Shown in pieces: positions 57,646-64,000 of a stretch of DNA of 64,000 bases. The notes beneath the pieces are model-generated. The model was not told the origin of the DNA, did not search any database, and worked only from the letters and a program-made list of their open reading frames with translations. Both the position numbers and the translations under genes were made by a program. Every line of letters starts with the position of its first letter. The stretch's first letter is position 1. Source of the stretch: an uncultured Maribacter sp. (GTDB lineage Bacteria; Bacteroidota; Bacteroidia; Flavobacteriales; Flavobacteriaceae); assembly GCA_964569345.1 (NCBI GenBank), contig CAZMUV010000008.1, positions 334-64,333 of the forward strand, in the 5' to 3' direction.

Positions 57646-59160
57646 TTAGTCATTCATCTTGAGCAACTCTTCTATATAATCTCGCTTATTGGAAAGTCTA
57701 GGTATCTTATGCTGCCCACCAAGCTTATCGTTTACCTTTAGCCAATCATAAAAAAGATTTTCTCGAGCAACGTGTACGGTTGGCATTTTTAAGGTTGTGT
57801 TATTATATCGTTTTGCCTCGTAATCTGAATTTAAAGACTTTAAAGCATTGTCCAAAAACTCGGTAAAATAAGCCAAATCTTTAGGGGGTTTCCTAAATTC
57901 AATAACCCACTCGTGTGCTCCCTTTTCTTTTCCAGCCATAAAAATAGGTCCAGCCGTGTAATCCTTAATTTCAGCTTCCGCCTTTATACACACAATCTTT
58001 AAGGCCTCCTCCGCATTTTCTATAATCAATTCCTCTCCAAATACATTAATATGATGTTTGGTACGCCCAGTTACTCGTATACGATAGGGGCTTTTTGAGG
58101 TAAACCGCACCGTATCCCCAATCTTGTAACGCCATAGTCCGGAATTGGTGGTTATAATAATCGCATAATTTTTCCCTATTTCTACCTCCCATAGCGGAAG
58201 TGCTTTGGAGTCTAGCGTATCATAGGCATCCATCGGAACAAATTCATAAAAAATACCATAATCTAGCATCAACAGAAGATCATCAGCATTGTTCCTATCC
58301 TGAATGGCAAAAAATCCTTCCGAAGCATTGTAGATTTCGTAGTATCTAAAATTCTTTCTTGGGAACAGCGTTTTGTATTGCTCCTTGTATGGACTAAAGC
58401 TTACCCCTCCATGGAAGTACACTTCCAAATTTTCCCAGACCTGAAACAAGTGTTCCTTTCCCGTCTCCTCTAACATATTATTCAAAAGTACCAACATCCA
58501 AGAAGGCACTCCTGCTAAACTCGTTACATTTTCTTGTACACTTTCTTTGATAATGGCCTGTAGCTTAGTTTCCCATTCGCTCATTAGGGACACCTTATTA
58601 CTTGGCGTGCTGCTATACTCCGCCCAAAGTGGCATATTATCTATCAGGATAGCGGAAAGATCACCAAAAAAAGAACCATTATCCTCATACAATTCCTTGC
58701 TCCCTCCCAATCGTAAACTCTTCCCTGTAAATAATTGCGAGTTTTCGTTATTGTTCAAGTACAGACACAACAAATCTTTACCAGATTTGAAATGACAGTC
58801 TTCTAAAGCTTCAGTACTTACGGGTATAAACTTACTTTTGGCATTGGTAGTACCGCTACTTTTAGCAAATAGCTTTACGGAAGTTGGCCAGAAAAGATTT
58901 TGCTCGCCCTTACGGGTTCTTTCTATGATTGGTTCCATTTCCTCATAGGAAACTATAGGTACGCGTTCCCTAAAAGTTTCGTAATTATGTATAGTCTCAA
59001 AATCATATTTACGTCCGATTTCGGTATCATCGGCTAGTTCCAAAAGTTGTAACAACACTTCTTCTTGGACTTCCTCTGGGTATTTTAAAAATAGCTCTAT
59101 CTGATGGTAGCGCTTTTTAAGCAACCAAGATGCTATGGAATTAAACAGCGGAATGGGCAT
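57646..59160 (-). CDS. GH3 (acyl-acid amido synthetase-like) family protein
   Basis: AKSSGTT...KFIP, YNASEGFF, LWRY.IGDTV, GGQHK.PRL. Confidence 0.88.
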   Translation of the reverse strand: MPIPLFNSIASWLLKKRYHQIELFLKYPEEVQEEVLLQLLELADDTEIGRKYDFETIHNYETFRERVPIVSYEEMEPIIERTRKGEQNLFWPTSVKLFAKSSGTTNAKSKFIPVSTEALEDCHFKSGKDLLCLYLNNNENSQLFTGKSLRLGGSKELYEDNGSFFGDLSAILIDNMPLWAEYSSTPSNKVSLMSEWETKLQAIIKESVQENVTSLAGVPSWMLVLLNNMLEETGKEHLFQVWENLEVYFHGGVSFSPYKEQYKTLFPRKNFRYYEIYNASEGFFAIQDRNNADDLLLMLDYGIFYEFVPMDAYDTLDSKALPLWEVEIGKNYAIIITTNSGLWRYKIGDTVRFTSKSPYRIRVTGRTKHHINVFGEELIIENAEEALKIVCIKAEAEIKDYTAGPIFMAGKEKGAHEWVIEFRKPPKDLAYFTEFLDNALKSLNSDYEAKRYNNTTLKMPTVHVARENLFYDWLKVNDKLGGQHKIPRLSNKRDYIEELLKMND

Positions 59161-59237
59161 TTTTAGGTATCTTTATACGCCTAAAATAGGATATATCCCC
59201 ATCATTTTCAAATCGAAGTATCAATAAGATTTTACAT

Positions 59238-60032
59238 ATGCAGTACGAAGGTGTTTTAAAAAAAATGCAGACCGAAATAGGAAGTCCCATTCAGTATTAC
59301 CTCGTTTTTGAGTCCGATTTCCTGAACGTCAACCAAATACTTAGCAAAGAACTTGCGATAAACTTCATAAAACATCAATGTTTGAATTGCGGAAACGACC
59401 GTCCTATTTTTAGGCAAGGCTTTTGTAAATCCTGTTTTTTTGAAATTCCCTCGGCAGGGGATTGGATTATGCGACCCGAACTGAGCACTGCCCATTTAGA
59501 CCAAGAAGACCGAGATCTTGATTACGAAAAACGAGTGCAACTACAACCACATATTGTATACTTGGCGAACTCTAGCAATGTAAAAGTAGGTGTTACACGA
59601 AAGACCCAAGTCCCTACGCGATGGATAGACCAAGGTGCACACGAAGCTATTGAAATTGTTGAAGTACCCAACAGATACCTTGCAGGCATTACAGAGGTGG
59701 CCCTAAAAGACTATGTGGGCGACAAAACCAACTGGCGCAAGATGCTAACAAACACTGTAACCGATGAAAATCTTGTGGAATGGCGCAACAAATTAAAGCA
59801 GTACATACCGGAAGAAGCAAGCCAATATTTTATAGAGAATAATACAGAGACGCATTTAGACTTTCCGGTACTGCAATATCCCGAGAAAGTAAAAAGTCTC
59901 AACTTAGTTAAAACCCCAAACTTTAAAGGTGTTTTAAAAGGCATAAAAGGACAGTACCTCATCTTTGAAGACAATACCGTTTTTAATGTTCGGAGTAATG
60001 AAGGGTGTTATGTGGGGCTAACTATTAGTTAG
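59238..60032 (+). CDS. DUF2797 family protein
   Basis: CLNCG...QGFCKSC, PHIVYLA...KVGVTR...RWIDQGA, GIKGQY. Confidence 0.85.
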   Translation: MQYEGVLKKMQTEIGSPIQYYLVFESDFLNVNQILSKELAINFIKHQCLNCGNDRPIFRQGFCKSCFFEIPSAGDWIMRPELSTAHLDQEDRDLDYEKRVQLQPHIVYLANSSNVKVGVTRKTQVPTRWIDQGAHEAIEIVEVPNRYLAGITEVALKDYVGDKTNWRKMLTNTVTDENLVEWRNKLKQYIPEEASQYFIENNTETHLDFPVLQYPEKVKSLNLVKTPNFKGVLKGIKGQYLIFEDNTVFNVRSNEGCYVGLTIS

Positions 60033-60537
60033 AAACCACTTTCCACTTCAAAGTCATTCTACCGGGGCTACCGACGTAATTTTCAAAGGAATTTAAGGAT
60101 GCATACTCCCCAGAACTATCTAGCACGCAATTTTTAGCTATATCTACCATCAAACCATAATTATGAAAAATCGGGGTAACTATTTTAGTCCCATCACTCC
60201 TATCCTTGTATGCAATTAAATATCTAATATTCCTAGCACCGGAACGCTCATCACTTATAGGCGAAGAACCTATTTCATACTTTTGGCACGCGCTACCAAA
60301 AGGACCATATGAATATACTGGTTAAGATTCGTATTGCTCATATATACCACTATTACTTGTTTGTACTTTGAATTTTGCTAGACGACTTCCATCATTAGGT
60401 ATAAAATAACCTTTCAAAAAAATAAGATTATCTTCATTTTCAATTATTTTACTAGATTTTATCCTACCTACCCTGCATAACTCATAAGAACTTGTAAAGT
60501 TAAATAATAGAAAAAATATTACAACAATTCCTTTCAT
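60025..60537 (-). pseudogene. Orphan secreted-protein gene interrupted by one in-frame TAA (60322-60324)
   Basis: The ORF-track frame (MKGIVVIFFLLFNF...EQYES*) continues open for 98 more codons (PVYSYGPFGSACQKYEIG...LKWKVVSN) to TAA at 60025-60027. Confidence 0.7.
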
Positions 60538-60552
60538 TATATTGTTTTTCAA

Positions 60553-63291
60553 CTAGTTGACAGAATCCTTTTTAGCCTCCGTTTTTTTCTTCTTCCCAAA
60601 TAAACCTCCCAAAATATCCTTGGCAGCATCTTTTACGGCATCCTCTTTTTTAGCAGGCACTGTATCTTTCTTTACTGTTGTGCTATCCGTTTTTTTATTG
60701 CCGCCAAGTAGGCCATCTAACACCTCTTTTGTACCTTTTTTAAGCGGGTCTTCGGCTGCTACAGAATCAGCTCCGGTTTTGTTACCAGACAAAATACCAC
60801 TTAACAAATCCTTAGCTTTATCCTTTCCTTTACCAATCAATTTTTGTTTTTCGATTTCAATCAATTGAGCGGTCAAATTCTTTACTCCTGAGGTTAAATC
60901 GGTACTTACCTGTGGACTGTTATACATCCCCGATATGTTTGCCGTCACTGGAATGGTTAATCCTTCTAGGGAAGAATCATCGATTTTTGCTATCAAGGCG
61001 TTTATTTCCTTACCAAGATATTTTGCAGGCACCTGAATAGAAGCTTTATAGTTCATCTTTTGATCAAAGGTGTGGTTCCCATCTATATTAATGGCCATGT
61101 CCTTGTAGTTTATAGTAAACGGCTTCACAGAAACCAAACCATCCTTGAACGATAGGTTGGTTTTCAACTCTTTCAAATCCAAATCGTTTAGATTTATGAA
61201 ACTCAATTTACTGTCCAATGCGGAGAGTACAGGAGCGCTTTCGGTATTGATTTCCTTAGCCATTAAATTTGCAAGGATATTACCGCTCAGCGATAATAAA
61301 TCTGGCGTAAAATCATCGGTCAAGTTACCAGACAATTCAATATCCGAATTAAACTTACCTTGAAGCACTTGAGCAACGGGAGCCAACACCTTAAAAAGCG
61401 CTAAAGCTTTGAAGGTTTCACTAATCTGCAGTTGATCCATTCCCAATTTCATAGCGAATGTAGGTACCGTATTTTTGGTTGAGACCTCTCCGTTAAAAGC
61501 AAGTTTACCGTCAAATAAGGAAGAAGTCATATTGGTCAATACAGCTGTTTCGTCCTTTATTCTAAGGCTTCCTTTCAGATCCTTCAAAACAATATTGTCA
61601 TAGATGACATTGCTTGCGCTAGCGTTGAACGTAGCATCTAAAAAAGAAGGTATTTTAATCTTTTCCGTAGCCACGGAAGTTGCGTCCTCTGTTGTGCTCC
61701 CGTACGCTGTTTCGGTTTCCGCTACCATAAAGTCGCCCAAATCAAAGGTGTTGGAATTTAGGTTAAAGTTGCCTTCCACTTTCTCATCATTGAATATATA
61801 GCCCAAAAAGTTGTTGATGGTGCCGGTTACGTTAAAGTCTGTCTTTCCTGTAGAACCATTTAGCTCGTTTAGACTTACGGTCTTTGGGTTAAAGGTTACC
61901 GCGGTAGATTTTAGCACGACCGGATTAGGAATTTCGTCCGATTTGTATTCAAAATCGGTCAAGACCATTTTTCCTTCGGTTCTGGTTTTCTCATACTGCT
62001 TTTTTTCAAGCATCTTCATATCAAAAGCCGTAGTGATGTCCGCATCCAGCATCCCTTTTAGACTTAGGCCCGCAGGAACTGGATAGGCTTTTTCCAAATT
62101 GGCCAGATTCATTTTACCATCCATGTGTGCATTTACCTTGGTATTCCCCATAAGCTCGGAAATCTTTGACGTGAGGTTAAAGCGGTCCTTATCTATAGTA
62201 AAGGACGTCTTTTTGATATCTACCGAAGTATCTTCCGTAATTCCGGTAGTATTATTAATAGCTACATCTAAATTGATATTCGTAACCGCTTTTGGTAAGT
62301 CAGGATATTTAAAAGAAGCATTTTCCGAATTGATATTTATATTGAATTTGGGAATATGTAAATCATCTACAATACCTGTGAAATTTCCGGCCAGCATAAA
62401 GTTTCCGGTAGTGGTTACGTTTTCGATATTTTTAGAATATTCTTCAGGAATAACCGCCAGAAAGTTTTTGAAATCTGAGGAAGGTGTTTTAAAATTGATG
62501 CCCACCTCCATATCCTCATCATTCAACTTCACAAAACCATCAAATACCAAGGGCAATTGATTTATTAGCGCCTCGTTCTTTAAAAAAGAGTATTTGCTTT
62601 CCTTCAAATCGATACCGATAAGAGCATCTAGACTCACTTTATTATTATTTAGGTAGTTGGTGCTGTCCATCTCAAAGGAGACGAAGGCATCAGTATGTGT
62701 ATCCAGTTCCGACGTTTCCAAAGAAAGGTCTCCCGTTCCTTTGTGGTTAAAATCGGTCAATGTCAAACTGATGCCTATTGCAACATCAGAATAAAAAATA
62801 CGTGAATTGGTAATTTCGTAGGATTCCATATTCAGTTTAAATCCGTCCGAAGCGGTATCTGTTGAGGCAGTTTCTTGCGAACCCGTTTCCATGGCTATAT
62901 CATAATTCGCATTCTCATCAGCATCAACTTTTACATTAACCAAAGCATTGTCTAAATTGAGACTTGTAATGGAAATAGGTTCGTTTGGCCCATTGAAAAG
63001 CTGCATGATACCCATGGTCAAAGAAACAGTCTTTGCCGAAAACAAGGTGTCACCCGCAAAAGGAGCATTATTCAACAAGCTTACATTGTCCAAGCGCACC
63101 GCTGCGTTGGGAAAACTGCTAAAAAGGCTTAAATCTGCATCCGAGAAATCTAATGTAGCGTTTACGTTCTTGTTGACGTTGTTTTTAATAATATCTCCAA
63201 TTTTTGCCTCCAAGAAGAAAGGTGCTGCCACCAAAACTCCAATAATCAACAAAAATAATAGTCCAACTATTCTTATAATTTTCTTTTTCAT
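60553..63291 (-). CDS. AsmA family protein
   Basis: N-terminal TM anchor, repeated beta-groove segments, G...FDQ.M.Y, IPV...ISG. Start moved to ATG 63291 (MKKKIIRIVG). Confidence 0.8.
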   Translation of the reverse strand: MKKKIIRIVGLLFLLIIGVLVAAPFFLEAKIGDIIKNNVNKNVNATLDFSDADLSLFSSFPNAAVRLDNVSLLNNAPFAGDTLFSAKTVSLTMGIMQLFNGPNEPISITSLNLDNALVNVKVDADENANYDIAMETGSQETASTDTASDGFKLNMESYEITNSRIFYSDVAIGISLTLTDFNHKGTGDLSLETSELDTHTDAFVSFEMDSTNYLNNNKVSLDALIGIDLKESKYSFLKNEALINQLPLVFDGFVKLNDEDMEVGINFKTPSSDFKNFLAVIPEEYSKNIENVTTTGNFMLAGNFTGIVDDLHIPKFNININSENASFKYPDLPKAVTNINLDVAINNTTGITEDTSVDIKKTSFTIDKDRFNLTSKISELMGNTKVNAHMDGKMNLANLEKAYPVPAGLSLKGMLDADITTAFDMKMLEKKQYEKTRTEGKMVLTDFEYKSDEIPNPVVLKSTAVTFNPKTVSLNELNGSTGKTDFNVTGTINNFLGYIFNDEKVEGNFNLNSNTFDLGDFMVAETETAYGSTTEDATSVATEKIKIPSFLDATFNASASNVIYDNIVLKDLKGSLRIKDETAVLTNMTSSLFDGKLAFNGEVSTKNTVPTFAMKLGMDQLQISETFKALALFKVLAPVAQVLQGKFNSDIELSGNLTDDFTPDLLSLSGNILANLMAKEINTESAPVLSALDSKLSFINLNDLDLKELKTNLSFKDGLVSVKPFTINYKDMAINIDGNHTFDQKMNYKASIQVPAKYLGKEINALIAKIDDSSLEGLTIPVTANISGMYNSPQVSTDLTSGVKNLTAQLIEIEKQKLIGKGKDKAKDLLSGILSGNKTGADSVAAEDPLKKGTKEVLDGLLGGNKKTDSTTVKKDTVPAKKEDAVKDAAKDILGGLFGKKKKTEAKKDSVN

Positions 63292-63317
63292 TCTATATCT
63301 TTCTACAATCAACCTAC

Positions 63318-64000
63318 TTATTCCGTGATTGAAATCTGAGCATCCAAATCTATTTCCTCCCACACTTCTAAGTTAAAACGCTTCCGCATTACATATACGG
63401 ACAAATAGAGCAAAGGGGTGTCCAGAAATGCTATAATAATCTTAAAAATAAATCCACTAATGACCAAGCCTGTAAACTTATCCCAAGGAATTTCCCCAAA
63501 GGAACACAATAGCGTTACAACGGCAAAAGTGTCTATCAATTGTGATGAAAAGGTAGAAAAATTGTTTCGTAACCACAGATACTTCCCCTTGGTCAAGCGT
63601 TTCCAAAAATGATAGAGCTGTATATCCACAAATTGTGCCATTAAGTAGGCCATCATGGAGGCAAAAACGGCCACGATGGTATTACCAAATACCGAGGTAA
63701 ACAAGCTATCTTGAACTGGCGACCAAGGTGTTGCAGGAACTACGTTGGCCGTATACACGATAAATAAAGAGAAAAATGACGCAAAAATACCCGCCACAAC
63801 AATCTGGTTAGCCTTTTTCTTGCCAAAAATCTCGGAAATCAAATCGGTAATCAAAAAAGTTACAGGATAAGGTAATATCCCAACGGATATCTCAAAAAGT
63901 GGCGCTCCGAAAATTGTCACCTCCCCAAAAGGATTCCAATAAAAAAACTTTTGAAAAATGAGGTTGGAAACAACCAAAGAGGTAATGAACAGGGCCCCAA
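63318..64000 (-). CDS. yhhQ: Queuosine precursor transporter (YhhQ/VUT family), 5' end outside the window
   Basis: G.L.YP.TFLITDLISE.FG, WLRNNFST..SQLIDT, LDTP. The frame is open to the window edge. Confidence 0.88.
   Translation of the reverse strand, partial: GALFITSLVVSNLIFQKFFYWNPFGEVTIFGAPLFEISVGILPYPVTFLITDLISEIFGKKKANQIVVAGIFASFFSLFIVYTANVVPATPWSPVQDSLFTSVFGNTIVAVFASMMAYLMAQFVDIQLYHFWKRLTKGKYLWLRNNFSTFSSQLIDTFAVVTLLCSFGEIPWDKFTGLVISGFIFKIIIAFLDTPLLYLSVYVMRKRFNLEVWEEIDLDAQISITE

Noticed and set aside
2054-63612. The many 60-170 aa ORFs nested in or antisense to long genes (e.g. 18674-19096, 44387-44887, 51028-51543, 62099-62560)
   Set aside because: They are shadow frames of well-supported genes, with no motifs or initiation signals.
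1-64000. CRISPR arrays, tRNA/rRNA genes, IS elements, defence systems
   Set aside because: I saw no regularly spaced repeats, T-loop or anticodon structures, transposase or integrase motifs, or nuclease/defence domains by eye. tRNAscan-SE, Infernal and DefenseFinder runs would confirm this.

Overview
This is a 64 kb core-chromosome segment of a Flavobacteriaceae (Bacteroidetes) genome. That assignment is inferred from gene content and order, TAnnTTTG promoters and the absence of Shine-Dalgarno motifs. About 57 CDS are mostly housekeeping or envelope genes: rlmB, rarA, radC, an Mpl/MurC ligase, alpha-2-macroglobulin, obgE, a fused hpt-adk, purK/purE, a Dcp-type M3 peptidase, gcvP, fabH, the CBS-nadK-porG-uppS-bamA-skp-skp operon, pdxJ, tig-clpP-clpX, a GH3 protein, AsmA and a partial YhhQ. 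I recognised no tRNA, rRNA, CRISPR array, transposase or prophage. The most interesting accessory segment is at about 31.2-35.9 kb. There a membrane-anchored AraC regulator is flanked by two ~47%-identical cupin-like paralogs. Their promoters share an identical 17-bp block within a 27-bp dyad, at exactly the same distance from a non-consensus -7 box, which suggests an undescribed sensor-operator-effector module. Other notable signals are a ~115-nt 5' leader that can fold back over its translation-initiation region, an orphan gene broken by one in-frame TAA, several sigma54-like boxes in front of envelope genes (one readable on both strands), a 14-bp direct repeat flanking the alpha-2-macroglobulin gene, and candidate leaderless genes. 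All family calls come from motif recognition, not database searches.
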